Source: a phage. Taken from it: a stretch of DNA of 49,697 nucleotides. The position numbers and the translations under genes are program-made. The stretch lies in the NCBI GenBank assembly GCA_026165385.1, contig GCA_026165385.1_4524.2; one strand, written 5' to 3'. The notes under the pieces were generated by a model, which saw nothing but the letters and a program-made list of their open reading frames with translations, was not told the origin of the DNA and made no database searches. How positions within the stretch are numbered: the stretch's first letter is position 1; each line of letters starts with the position of its first letter. Below, piece by piece: positions 1 to 8,266 of the stretch.

Positions 1-2
1 GA

Positions 3-161
<159 letters not shown>

Positions 162-177
162 TAATTTTCACAAAACA

Positions 178-213
178 GTTTACATAAGGATGATGGTGTG
201 TTACTATCATCCT
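178..213 (+). promoter_or_regulatory. Early promoter-like element (-35 GTTTAC) with inverted repeat flanking -10
   Basis: GTTTAC at 178-183; inverted repeat AGGATGAT (187-194) / ATCATCCT (206-213) around a TACTAT-like -10; upstream of the CDS at 242. Confidence 0.45.
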
Positions 214-241
214 ATCAAATAAACAGCCTCAAGGAAATAAA

Positions 242-529
242 ATGAAAACCTATAAAGAATTTATATCACCTGTTGCTAACGTTTCTACTCTGACCGAAGC
301 ATCCCTTACTTCTGAAGTTATTAAAACAAATAAAGGACGTGAGGGTAAACCAATGATTAGTCTGGTTGACGGTGAAGAAGTAAAAGGTACTGTTTACTTA
401 GGGGATGGATGGTCTGCTAAGAAAGATGGCGCTACTATTGTTATCTCTCCAGCTGAAGAGACTGCACTGTTTAAAGCTAAGCATATTTCTGTAGCTCAGC
501 TTAAAATTATTGCAAAAACTCTTCTGTAA
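242..529 (+). CDS. Internal protein-like (capsid-targeted, injected) protein, 95 aa
   Basis: N-terminus MKTYKEFI resembles the T4 internal-protein capsid targeting sequence MKTYQEFIAE; L-T-E protease-type site at residues 17-19; SD AAGGAAA upstream. Confidence 0.7.
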   Translation: MKTYKEFISPVANVSTLTEASLTSEVIKTNKGREGKPMISLVDGEEVKGTVYLGDGWSAKKDGATIVISPAEETALFKAKHISVAQLKIIAKTLL

Positions 530-532
530 GTA

Positions 533-569
533 GTTTACAACACGATAGGACTATGTTATAGTAGTCCTA
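533..569 (+). promoter_or_regulatory. Early promoter with stem-loop (PeSL-type cassette)
   Basis: GTTTAC 533-538; inverted repeat TAGGACTA (546-553) / TAGTCCTA (562-569) flanking a TGTTATAGT -10; near-identical copies at 8209, 9504 and 19744. Confidence 0.5.
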
Positions 570-599
570 TCAAAACAAATGAGTAAATGGAGAAATAAA

Positions 600-785
600 A
601 TGAAACGCGCTGAACTGATTCGTAATGTTGCTGTAGTAATTGCTTCAATGGCTTTTAGTTTTTCGATGTTTGTAGGATTCATTTGTGGACTACTGACAAC
701 AACTGAAAACTCTATCTCATTGGTAGTAGCATTTCTAATCGGTTTAATCGCTATTGTTATGGATAAAATTGCAAAAGGTGAGTAA
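600..785 (+). CDS. Small membrane protein, 61 aa (alternative start 579)
   Basis: ATG at 600 preceded by GGAG; two hydrophobic helices (VAVVIASMAFSFSMFVGFICGLL, LVVAFLIGLIAIV). Confidence 0.5.
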   Translation: MKRAELIRNVAVVIASMAFSFSMFVGFICGLLTTTENSISLVVAFLIGLIAIVMDKIAKGE

Positions 786-1148
786 ATGAAATATCATGTA
801 TATGCAGATTTTGAAGCAAATCCTTCTAAAGACCCTGATTGTCGTTTGATACGCAGACCATTTGATTCAGCGGCTCAAGCATGGGCTTGGATTAAAACTT
901 GTACTCCTTCTTACACTTTCTTTGAAGTGGTAGACGATAACGGAGTTCTGCATCCAGAACCTACAGAAACTATTAATTTCCTTCTGTTTGCTGGTTATGA
1001 CTGTTATCCTCTTGGTGGTATTGATGATCTTGTTGCTACAGGAAAAACTGTTGAAGCTCTTCGCGAAATTTATAAAAACGCGGAAGAAAATTTTGACTGG
1101 TATCATATTGTTGATGCTCATACCTTTGAAGTGGTGGAACACTCATGA
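786..1148 (+). CDS. Hypothetical protein, 120 aa
   Basis: Intact ORF immediately following the previous stop; stop overlaps the next start (ATGA). Confidence 0.6.
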   Translation: MKYHVYADFEANPSKDPDCRLIRRPFDSAAQAWAWIKTCTPSYTFFEVVDDNGVLHPEPTETINFLLFAGYDCYPLGGIDDLVATGKTVEALREIYKNAEENFDWYHIVDAHTFEVVEHS

Positions 1149-1435
1149 TTCTTTATGCTAAAGTAAAATCTGTCGAGAATGGATATGAAAGCGATCAACG
1201 TGCAGCTAAAGCACTAGTTAATGACTACGGTATTCTAACTAATTTTGAAGTTGAAAAGGTTTACATCGACCGTTCATCTTCGCAAGTTAAATTACTCTGT
1301 GAAGACGATAAATTTAACACAGTTAACTTTGATTTCTTTATTGAAACAGAAAAAGGCCCTCTTGAATATGATATTTTCAAGAATCCTTTGAAATTACGTT
1401 GCATTGAATATAATTACATTAATATGGTACGGTGA
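1145..1435 (+). CDS. Hypothetical protein, 96 aa
   Basis: ORF with ATGA overlap to the upstream gene; compact operon context. Confidence 0.6.
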   Translation: MILYAKVKSVENGYESDQRAAKALVNDYGILTNFEVEKVYIDRSSSQVKLLCEDDKFNTVNFDFFIETEKGPLEYDIFKNPLKLRCIEYNYINMVR

Positions 1436-1439
1436 GTAA

Positions 1440-1955
1440 ATGAATATTTGTTTAGGCAGTACAATTCCTAAGGGCTACGTAATTGATGTCACTACCTATG
1501 AAAATGATGGTGACAACTATAAAACCAAAACATTGTTTGAAGTGGAAGAGCATGAGCTCCAACAGTTTAAATATCTCTTGAAGAAATTTAAGAGCCGTCA
1601 TTCTAGCACTAAAGCTGAACGTTACTGTGGTAATACACCATTCAGTGATTGCTCGCTTTTAATTTATGAATACTTGGTTGAAGGACTGTTCTCAGACCAG
1701 CTTTATCCAGAATTCATTAAAAAGGTCTTTGATATTGAAGTCGACCTTGGTAATAAATCTGAAGAAGACGAATCGCGTGTATTCGACCTGTTCCGTGAGA
1801 ATGGATATTTAGTATCAGAAGGTCTCGTTGGTATTCTTGGCCATGCTTCTGAATATTATGATTATGATTTCTTGCGTGTAGTTGAATGTGTTGAATTTGC
1901 TTATATTGAAGAAGAAATCGTTTTGCCAACTGTTAAAATGATTGATTTGCTTTAA
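1440..1955 (+). CDS. Hypothetical protein, 171 aa
   Basis: ORF with GGTGAG SD-like sequence upstream; no recognisable domain. Confidence 0.6.
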   Translation: MNICLGSTIPKGYVIDVTTYENDGDNYKTKTLFEVEEHELQQFKYLLKKFKSRHSSTKAERYCGNTPFSDCSLLIYEYLVEGLFSDQLYPEFIKKVFDIEVDLGNKSEEDESRVFDLFRENGYLVSEGLVGILGHASEYYDYDFLRVVECVEFAYIEEEIVLPTVKMIDLL

Positions 1956-2034
1956 GAATTATGTGTTATTATTAATTCATACCCTCTATTACCAAAGGTA
2001 CTCTAAAGTGCCTTTCATAATAGAAAGTTATTTA

Positions 2035-2106
2035 GGCCCTGTAGCTCAATGGGAGAGCTGTCAGCTCATAACTGATAGGTAGCTGGATCGAAACCAGCCA
2101 GGGTCA
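2035..2106 (+). tRNA. tRNA, anticodon CAT (Met, or Ile if C34 is lysidine-modified)
   Basis: Cloverleaf by eye: acceptor GGCCCTG/CAGGGTC, D-stem GCTC/GAGC, anticodon loop CTCATAA, T-stem GCTGG/CCAGC; CCA encoded at 2107-2109. Confidence 0.75.
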
Positions 2107-2112
2107 CCAATC

Positions 2113-2186
<74 letters not shown>

Positions 2187-2207
2187 CCAACTTCAAGTGA
2201 GGAAAAT

Positions 2208-2552
2208 ATGAAAGGTAATGTTTACTTAGTAGTTCATGATTTAACGTTTTATTTTAACGAACATGATACAGTTATTTCAGACCGATTGATTAATTTGTTA
2301 TACCAACATGCAGATTACATCTATGTTCAAAATGAATTCGGCCATTGGAAGTTCATTAAAAACCGTTCCGGGTTAACTAGTTTTGAATACTTTGATCGTA
2401 AAGACCTTTTAAACGAAATCCCATTGCAACATCGGTTCCAGAAACGCGAATCATTATATTATTGCCGTCATATACCAAACGCCGAATGTGTTAATGAAGC
2501 GATTAATCTATGGGGACGGCGTCGAGAGCAAATTGATGATATGCCAAAATAA
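2208..2552 (+). CDS. Hypothetical protein, 114 aa
   Basis: ATG at 2208 after SD GAGGAAAA; the track ORF start at 2160 would overlap tRNA-Arg, so the downstream ATG is preferred. Confidence 0.55.
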   Translation: MKGNVYLVVHDLTFYFNEHDTVISDRLINLLYQHADYIYVQNEFGHWKFIKNRSGLTSFEYFDRKDLLNEIPLQHRFQKRESLYYCRHIPNAECVNEAINLWGRRREQIDDMPK

Positions 2553-2863
2553 GAAGCCGGGTCGCTACCGGCAAGTCGTCGGACTGATGTTCCCTGAGTA
2601 AGGACTGGTCTTAATAAATCTTTATGATTTGTTAATATCCCCTTACATCACAGCAGAAACGGCGCACAGAATTATCGATTCGAGGAAATATCTTTGCCGT
2701 AAGCCGAGTAGCGTTTTTGACGGAACGTTCGGATATGGACGAGATATGGCCTTTTAAAAATATTGAGTAGCGTCAACTGCTTGATAACCGGGTTCAAATC
2801 CCGGCGTTTCGTACAAACACTTGCCTTAGCAGGTGGAACCCCGACAAGGTTGCCGCAAGGCTT
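2553..2863 (+). ncRNA. Structured non-coding region, possible stable RNA(s) or degenerate tRNA
   Basis: About 310 nt with no credible + strand ORF in a dense genome; hairpin GCCGG/CCGGC at 2558-2574; canonical tRNA T-arm CCGGG-TTCAAAT-CCCGG at 2788-2804; no full cloverleaf found. Confidence 0.3.
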
Positions 2864-2891
2864 AGCCCCTTCCTTACGGTTGGGGCTTTTT
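2864..2891 (+). terminator. Rho-independent terminator
   Basis: Stem AGCCCC (2864-2869) / GGGGCT (2882-2887) followed by a T-run. Confidence 0.6.
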
Positions 2892-2936
2892 GGCATAATA
2901 ATAAATAGATAAGTTAATTAACTTAGGAAAAGCAAC

Positions 2937-3401
2937 ATGAAATCATACGCTGAATTTTTGACTGAACAATCTAGTTCAGATGTAAAAGCCGCTGCGATTG
3001 CAGCAATTCAAGCAGGTAAATATTCTTACAAAGACGCCTCCGATGAAGAACGTTTCCGTTTTATTAGAGATTTTAAAGCCGAAGGTTTTACTAATGCTAA
3101 TACTGTTAGCCGAGTTTTTAAAAGCCTAGCTGCATCAGGTGAATTGTTCCAGAAAGCTACAGGTAAAGCACCTGTGCCAAAAGCGGACCATAAAACAGCT
3201 CAAGAAAAAAATATCGCCAAAGGAATTATTTCTAAGTATGAAGCAATTCTTAAAGAGCTTTTAGTAATCAAAACAGAAGGCCAGAAACTGGCACGAGCAC
3301 ATAGTTTCAAAGATAATCCTCACGCTCATAGCCTTGAGTATGTTGAAGATATCCAAAAACTTATTAAAGACCGCATTTGGTCTGCTAAACAAATCAAATA
3401 A
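2937..3401 (+). CDS. Internal protein-like (capsid-targeted) protein, 154 aa
   Basis: N-terminus MKSYAEFLTE matches the capsid targeting sequence pattern with an L-x-E cleavage-type site; SD AGGAAAAG upstream. Confidence 0.7.
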   Translation: MKSYAEFLTEQSSSDVKAAAIAAIQAGKYSYKDASDEERFRFIRDFKAEGFTNANTVSRVFKSLAASGELFQKATGKAPVPKADHKTAQEKNIAKGIISKYEAILKELLVIKTEGQKLARAHSFKDNPHAHSLEYVEDIQKLIKDRIWSAKQIK

Positions 3402-3408
3402 CATTCTT

Positions 3409-3436
3409 AGCCCCAACCTTTCTGTTGGGGCTTTTT
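3409..3436 (+). terminator. Rho-independent terminator
   Basis: Stem AGCCCCAAC / GTTGGGGCT followed by TTTTT. Confidence 0.6.
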
Positions 3437-3523
3437 AGTTTGAATCGCTCGGAGAATGCTGTTACATATAACAATGTGATAAATAATTAATAACCAACCG
3501 ATAAATTATTTCAAGGATTTTAA

Positions 3524-4087
3524 ATGAAAACCTACGCCGAATTTTTAACCGAAGCAGCAAAATTACCATCTGAAGCAGATCTTACTAAAGTATTCTTCCA
3601 CTTAGACCCAAAAGATCGTGGCGATTTTCTTAAATGGAAAGCTAAAGCTATTGAAATGTATAACATCGATACTAGTTCTTTTACGATGAGTCAAGAAAAT
3701 AGTTTCAATAAAGCGTTTTTCAAAATTTCTAAGAAACTGGCATCTAGCACGCAGGTTCCTAAATCCGCCTTAGCTACTCCTGAACGTGCACCTGTTAAAA
3801 TTTCTAAGAATATGTTTGACACTAAAAAATATGTCAATGCTTTGAATAAAGCTCTTGACGCATTGGATGATGCAAAGAAGGCAGCCCGTGATCTTCAAGA
3901 CGTGTACACTGATTTTGATCGTAAAACTAAAGGTTCTATTTCAAATAGCGAACGCAATAGTGTAAGTGTTTATTCTGATAGCCTTGATGTTCTTGGCGAT
4001 GCGTATACTGAAATTAAAAATCGTATTAACACTGCATCTAAGCTAAAAGCTGCTGCCGAAGCTATAATAACTAAACTAGGTAAATAA
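3524..4087 (+). CDS. Internal protein-like (capsid-targeted) protein, 187 aa
   Basis: N-terminus MKTYAEFLTE matches the capsid targeting sequence pattern; SD AAGGA upstream. Confidence 0.7.
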   Translation: MKTYAEFLTEAAKLPSEADLTKVFFHLDPKDRGDFLKWKAKAIEMYNIDTSSFTMSQENSFNKAFFKISKKLASSTQVPKSALATPERAPVKISKNMFDTKKYVNALNKALDALDDAKKAARDLQDVYTDFDRKTKGSISNSERNSVSVYSDSLDVLGDAYTEIKNRINTASKLKAAAEAIITKLGK

Positions 4088-4093
4088 TTTTAA

Positions 4094-4120
4094 AGCCCTA
4101 TCTAAATGATAGGGCTTTTT
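4094..4120 (+). terminator. Rho-independent terminator
   Basis: Stem AGCCCTAT / ATAGGGCT followed by TTTTT. Confidence 0.6.
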
Positions 4121-4189
4121 GGTATCTAGGCCTTTCCTCTCCCTGCCCTAGAATTCCCCAGAACTTTTTAAAAATTTTTTCACAAAACT

Positions 4190-4220
4190 GTTTACATCCC
4201 TGTTCTTCCGTGGTACTATA
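4190..4220 (+). promoter_or_regulatory. Early (sigma70-type) promoter
   Basis: GTTTAC at 4190-4195 and extended -10 TGGTACTAT at 4211-4219. Confidence 0.45.
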
Positions 4221-4261
4221 CAACTATCAACTACTGATACAGAAAAAACTTGGAGAATGAA

Positions 4262-4525
4262 ATGGATAATTACGGTGAACTGTTCAACTTCTTTATGAAA
4301 TGTGTTCCAGAAGATTTCGGACGTACGGTGAATGATATTAAAGTTATTGGACCTGAACACCCAGTGTATGAAACCTATGCAGTAATGGGTAATGAAGACG
4401 GACAGTGGTATACAATTAAAGTTGTGATTAATATGTTCTCAGCTGAAGGTTACGCTAAATCGTCTACCAAAGTTTACCATGATAATGATTTTGATGCAGA
4501 AAATTATTTCAATAATATGAAATAA
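4262..4525 (+). CDS. Hypothetical protein, 87 aa
   Basis: ATG at 4262 after SD GGAG; the track ORF begins at a TTG at 4250. Confidence 0.55.
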   Translation: MDNYGELFNFFMKCVPEDFGRTVNDIKVIGPEHPVYETYAVMGNEDGQWYTIKVVINMFSAEGYAKSSTKVYHDNDFDAENYFNNMK

Positions 4526-4556
4526 AACGTTTACATGGGCTTATGATTGAGATATT

Positions 4557-4889
4557 ATGAGCCCTATTAATGAGAAGAATGTTATGAGTCTTTATACTGA
4601 ACTGAATAAAAAATCTGAAGAATCTGCTGAAACTATTTTTAAAAACGTGCAAAAGCGTATTTTAGAAAAGATGTATAACACTGCAGCTAAAGGTGAAAAA
4701 TCTTGCCGGTTTCCGATGAGGTGTTCTTCAGATTTATGCGCAAATACTATTGAATGGCTGGAAAGTGAAGGTCTTACGGTAGAGAAAAACCCGGCGACTT
4801 CTATTGACAGTGAATCATATATTAGTATTTCTTGGGATAAACCACGTATGAATGAAGGACACTACAAGTTGTTAAGTTGGAAAAATTAA
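4557..4889 (+). CDS. Hypothetical protein, 110 aa
   Basis: Intact ORF, weak SD; contains several Cys (CRFPMRCSSDLC). Confidence 0.5.
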   Translation: MSPINEKNVMSLYTELNKKSEESAETIFKNVQKRILEKMYNTAAKGEKSCRFPMRCSSDLCANTIEWLESEGLTVEKNPATSIDSESYISISWDKPRMNEGHYKLLSWKN

Positions 4890-4897
4890 AAATAATG

Positions 4898-4928
4898 ATG
4901 TACAAGCACCAAGGATGGTGATACTATA
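4898..4928 (+). promoter_or_regulatory. Early promoter-like element with spacer hairpin
   Basis: TGTACA -35 variant, hairpin CACCAAGGATGGTG in the spacer, TACTAT -10; same CAACCAAGGATGGTTGG spacer hairpin recurs at 25537 and 26557. Confidence 0.4.
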
Positions 4929-4956
4929 GACTTATCAACTACAGAGGAGTAAACAA

Positions 4957-5121
4957 ATGACTACTTTAATTATTTGGTTCGATGAAAATGAAGAAACATA
5001 CTGTGTGAATATCGGTGAAAGTCCAATGCCTGAATTTGAATCCTCAGATAAAAACTCTGTTGTATCTTGGGCTGAAGGTTATAAAGCCGCTAAAGGTGAC
5101 GTTGAAATAATTTACATCTAA
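4957..5121 (+). CDS. Small hypothetical protein, 54 aa (not in ORF track)
   Basis: ATG at 4957 after strong SD AGGAG and a promoter-like element; in-frame stop TAA at 5119-5121. Confidence 0.45.
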   Translation: MTTLIIWFDENEETYCVNIGESPMPEFESSDKNSVVSWAEGYKAAKGDVEIIYI

Positions 5122-5167
5122 GTAAGTTTATGTTATAGTAATCACATCAAATCAAGAGGAAAACAAA

Positions 5168-5395
5168 ATGGCTAAAGTTAGTATTGATGTCGTTGATTAT
5201 GAATATACCGAAGAAGTTATTCGCAACCGTCACCCTGAAGTTCGTATCGATTCAGCCCAAGATTCCAAGTTCTGGACAACTGAGCTTAATCTGAGTGGTC
5301 CTTATGAAGCTGTTAAGAAGTTCATGGTTGAAGAATACTGTGAAGGCATGCACCCGGAAGACGCCAAGTTTTATGTCAATTTGATTAAAAAATAA
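5168..5395 (+). CDS. Hypothetical protein, 75 aa
   Basis: ATG after SD AGAGGAAAA; no recognisable domain. Confidence 0.55.
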   Translation: MAKVSIDVVDYEYTEEVIRNRHPEVRIDSAQDSKFWTTELNLSGPYEAVKKFMVEEYCEGMHPEDAKFYVNLIKK

Positions 5396-5430
5396 TTTAC
5401 AAACTCTTGAGAGCAGAGTATAATGCTCTC
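5395..5430 (+). promoter_or_regulatory. Early promoter with stem-loop around -10
   Basis: ATTTAC -35 variant; inverted repeat GAGAGCA (5409-5415) / TGCTCTC (5424-5430) enclosing GTATAAT; followed by a TTGGATAATAAA motif. Confidence 0.45.
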
Positions 5431-5465
5431 ATTGGATAATAAACCACCAATTGAAAGGTAATAAT

Positions 5466-6059
5466 ATGAACACACTGAAGAAACTTGTTGAATTCATCCG
5501 CACTAAACTGGGTACTGCTATGGCTAAAAATCTGACTGTCGAAGAACAGTATAACGCAGCTGCAGATAAGTTGATTACCCAAATCAAAGAACTAAAAACG
5601 GCTTCTGTTAAATCTATTAATGAAGAAAAACGTATTCGCGAACTTGTTATTGAAAAGAATAAGCAAGCCGCTTCTAAGGAACGTGAAATTCGTAAGCTCT
5701 TGGCTGAAGGACAAGATGTTACCGTGCATGCTAAGCTTGGTCTTCTGTATCGTCGAACTGCAGAACAACTTAATACAAAAGCTGACGGGTATGCCGCTAT
5801 GCGAATTGAAATTGCTCGTAAGGTGGTTGAACTTGATGATGCTCGTCAGAATCTGGCAATCAAACTCGAATACATTCGTGAAACTCGAGCAGCCAATGCC
5901 CTTGGTATCTCTACGGCTGATGATGTAATTGAAATCGCTGCACTGACTAAGGTTGATATCGAAGACACTCTGACTCGTGTTGAAACGTTCAATGGCACTC
6001 CAGCCGGTGTCGAAACCACTTCTGCTGATGTACAAGAATATATTAACTCTTTGAAATAA
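5466..6059 (+). CDS. Coiled-coil protein, 197 aa
   Basis: ATG at 5466 after SD GAAAGG; long predicted alpha-helical/coiled-coil sequence; any resemblance to PspA/IM30 is too weak to assert. Confidence 0.6.
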   Translation: MNTLKKLVEFIRTKLGTAMAKNLTVEEQYNAAADKLITQIKELKTASVKSINEEKRIRELVIEKNKQAASKEREIRKLLAEGQDVTVHAKLGLLYRRTAEQLNTKADGYAAMRIEIARKVVELDDARQNLAIKLEYIRETRAANALGISTADDVIEIAALTKVDIEDTLTRVETFNGTPAGVETTSADVQEYINSLK

Positions 6060-6067
6060 AATAATAC

Positions 6068-6089
6068 GGAGGACTCCGGTCCTCCTTTT
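6068..6089 (+). terminator. Rho-independent terminator
   Basis: Stem GGAGGAC / GTCCTCC with TCCG loop, followed by TTTT. Confidence 0.6.
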
Positions 6090-6108
6090 GGATAATAAAG
6101 GAGTTAAC

Positions 6109-6711
6109 ATGCGAAACCAAAATAATGATATTGACTCAATGTTCGAAGAGTTCCGAGATAAGGTAAATCCACCTACGTCTTTAGTTGATTCATTACGATA
6201 TGTTGCAACTGGGCGTAAATGGTGCTGGTCAGCTTCTTATGAGACCACTGAGAAAACGGCTAGCCATAGCAGAAAATCTTTATTAGCCCCAGGTATTATG
6301 ATTCATGATATCGGAGCTATTGCTAAACTAGTTGCAGACCATGATATTAGATTCACTGATTTCGTTGCTCCTACGTGGTCTGTTTGTTGTTTAAACACTG
6401 AATGGGAATATATCAGCGAACGTTCAGAAGATTATTATGGTTTTAGAGATAAGCTTCTGAGGTCTAATATGTTTTATATCGACACAGAAGTTCTAGTCGA
6501 TAATAAAAAATATTACTTTACGTTAATCGTCGATTCTGAAACTATGTATGAAGGCAAGCCTTTGCTTAAAAGAGTTGATGCTTTAAGTGCTATTGATGCG
6601 CTTTATGAAACTATGGTTGTTAGTCCTAATTTCACTAACAATTTAATCCTTGAGCAATTTATTATGGAATGTAGAGAATATGTCAAAGCCAACCCTGTAC
6701 ATGCCAATTAA
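6109..6711 (+). CDS. Hypothetical protein, 200 aa; C-terminal region contains an FIMECR motif
   Basis: ATG at 6109 after SD AAAGGAG (track ORF starts at a TTG at 6088); FIMECREY near the C-terminus resembles the tail motif of the downstream membrane proteins. Confidence 0.6.
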   Translation: MRNQNNDIDSMFEEFRDKVNPPTSLVDSLRYVATGRKWCWSASYETTEKTASHSRKSLLAPGIMIHDIGAIAKLVADHDIRFTDFVAPTWSVCCLNTEWEYISERSEDYYGFRDKLLRSNMFYIDTEVLVDNKKYYFTLIVDSETMYEGKPLLKRVDALSAIDALYETMVVSPNFTNNLILEQFIMECREYVKANPVHAN

Positions 6712-7075
6712 GCCCTGGGCATACGAATACAAACGTAAATTAATCCCAAACGAAGTACTATTTGGCCCTATTTTAGCTTTAGCATTTTTAATCTTTATGA
6801 TTATAGGAGCTATTTTAGATTCCAATAAAGTTATATCGTCTGATGCAGCGTTTTCATTAATGTTCGTCGCACCACTTATTGTACCGTTTTTATTAATGCC
6901 TATTAATTGGGTAGGATATTGGCACCAAGGCCGTCATCACAGAGCCCGATTAAGAGAATGGAAAGTTCAGTGCGCAAAAGCCCAAGCTCAGTATGATGAA
7001 GCTGTTAAAAAGTATGAATATGAAGAAGCTATGGAATTCGTTAAGGAAATAAGATGCAAAAGCCTCAACTCTTAA
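6680..7075 (+). CDS. Small membrane protein, 131 aa (start uncertain, alternative 6701)
   Basis: ATG at 6680 lies directly after the conserved GAATGTAGAGAAT junction motif; two hydrophobic helices; overlaps the upstream gene. Confidence 0.5.
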   Translation: MSKPTLYMPIKPWAYEYKRKLIPNEVLFGPILALAFLIFMIIGAILDSNKVISSDAAFSLMFVAPLIVPFLLMPINWVGYWHQGRHHRARLREWKVQCAKAQAQYDEAVKKYEYEEAMEFVKEIRCKSLNS

Positions 7076-7413
7076 CCGTATGGCCGTCTCTTGGTGAGAA
7101 TATTCTAATTTTTATTATGAGTATTGGCATGGGATTTGCCTTTGGATTAGTTGGATTTCTTATTGACGGAGTTGTGTTAGGATTTATAGGGAATACCGGT
7201 GGATTCACAGACCAATGGCAGGACTTACGGTATACCCAAGCCTTTGCATCCATCGCATCATTTTGTACTGTAGTCTATTTTTACTACGATTTTATAAACC
7301 ATAACAAGAAAAATAAAAAGGTTTACGCTTCTCAAATGATTAGTTATAATGAACTCCTAGCTAAACGTGAAAATGAAACAATCGAAAACTTTATTAAGGA
7401 ATGTAGAAAATGA
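7054..7413 (+). CDS. Small membrane protein, 119 aa, C-terminal NFIKECRK tail
   Basis: SD AAGGAAATAAG before ATG 7054; hydrophobic helices; the C-terminal motif is shared with the ORFs at 9562 and 10637. Confidence 0.6.
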   Translation: MQKPQLLTVWPSLGENILIFIMSIGMGFAFGLVGFLIDGVVLGFIGNTGGFTDQWQDLRYTQAFASIASFCTVVYFYYDFINHNKKNKKVYASQMISYNELLAKRENETIENFIKECRK

Positions 7414-7715
7414 GTAAGATTATTGAAATTAAAGTACCAGAGTTTAATGATGCCAAATCTGCTTCAGATGCAATTTATAAACTTCTGAATCAAGCTGAAC
7501 GTATCGAAGAAGAAGCAACAAAGATCGCAGACCAATATGCAGTATCGTTTTCTGTAGGTGATTATGGTAGCGGTCGTACTTATTATCCTAAGGGTGAAAT
7601 CGTATCCCAGTGGATGAAAGATGAAATTGAAAATAATGGTGGCGATGTTAAGCGTGAAGGTAATGGTTACGTTATTACTGAAGGTGCTTGGGTTTCGTCT
7701 TCTGCGTTGTGCTAA
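7410..7715 (+). CDS. Small protein, 101 aa, C-terminus GAWVSSSALC (tandem paralog 1 of 3)
   Basis: ATGA overlap with the upstream gene; the C-terminal WVSSS..C motif is shared with the next two ORFs. Confidence 0.6.
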   Translation: MSKIIEIKVPEFNDAKSASDAIYKLLNQAERIEEEATKIADQYAVSFSVGDYGSGRTYYPKGEIVSQWMKDEIENNGGDVKREGNGYVITEGAWVSSSALC

Positions 7716-7724
7716 GGAATCATT

Positions 7725-7997
7725 ATGTCTAAAGAACAAACCGAACTGGCTGAAGCTGTAGCAAAAATCTATGCAGCTATTGAGGCTGCCAAAGAAATTG
7801 CTGATAAACAAAACACAACATTCGACTTGTATCCAGCTTATGGTATGGGTGGAACCTATCATTCACCCGGACATCTTAAAGCCGATCTTGAACGTTGTAC
7901 AAAAAACGGCTATGCTGAATGGGCTGACGTTTACCAATACGACTACAACTTGAGCCTTGAAGACGGCGGTTGGGTTGCATCTTCTCACACTTGTTAA
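7725..7997 (+). CDS. Small protein, 90 aa, C-terminus GGWVASSHTC (tandem paralog 2 of 3)
   Basis: SD TAAGGAATCATT before the ATG; alanine-rich N-terminal helix and shared C-terminal motif. Confidence 0.6.
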   Translation: MSKEQTELAEAVAKIYAAIEAAKEIADKQNTTFDLYPAYGMGGTYHSPGHLKADLERCTKNGYAEWADVYQYDYNLSLEDGGWVASSHTC

Positions 7998-8006
7998 GGA
8001 AATCAT

Positions 8007-8204
8007 ATGTCTCGTGAATTAGACTGCGCTGTACGTACGGCAGTAGCTGCTCTGGAAAACCTGTTCCAGATTGCAACAGAAGAACGCGAAGAAGTTACAT
8101 TATGGATTGAAGATAACGCAGGTCTGAATCTCCAGGACGCGATCTCATTATCCCACAATAGTATCACTGTTCAAGGCTGGGTATCATCTAGTTATTCTTG
8201 CTAA
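8007..8204 (+). CDS. Small protein, 65 aa, C-terminus QGWVSSSYSC (tandem paralog 3 of 3)
   Basis: SD TAAGGAAATCAT before the ATG, near-identical to the previous intergenic junction; shared C-terminal motif. Confidence 0.6.
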   Translation: MSRELDCAVRTAVAALENLFQIATEEREEVTLWIEDNAGLNLQDAISLSHNSITVQGWVSSSYSC

Positions 8205-8208
8205 AACA

Positions 8209-8246
8209 GTTTACAACAAGATAGGGCTATGTTATAGTAGTCCTAT
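8209..8246 (+). promoter_or_regulatory. Early promoter with stem-loop (PeSL-type cassette)
   Basis: GTTTAC 8209-8214; inverted repeat TAGGGCTA / TAGTCCTA around TGTTATAGT; near copy of the element at 533. Confidence 0.5.
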
Positions 8247-8266
8247 CAAAACAAATGGAGTCCACA

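Noticed and set aside
2672-2896. Minus-strand 74-aa ORF across the non-coding region downstream of the tRNAs
   Set aside because: Runs antisense through a terminator hairpin and a tRNA-like T-arm, has no SD and a low-complexity product; more likely a chance frame in a structured RNA region.
5466-6059. PspA/IM30-like identity for the 197-aa coiled-coil protein
   Set aside because: Only general helical/coiled-coil character could be matched by eye; no diagnostic motif, so left as a coiled-coil hypothetical.
5592-6110. Minus-strand ORFs in the track (for example 5592-6110, 867-1142, 11711-12052, 12208-12561, 13277-13639, 40690-41142, 43624-43986, 44899-45339)
   Set aside because: Each lies antisense inside a well-supported + strand gene (lysozyme, denV, DNA polymerase and others), lacks an SD and has shadow-frame composition; the whole window is co-directional.
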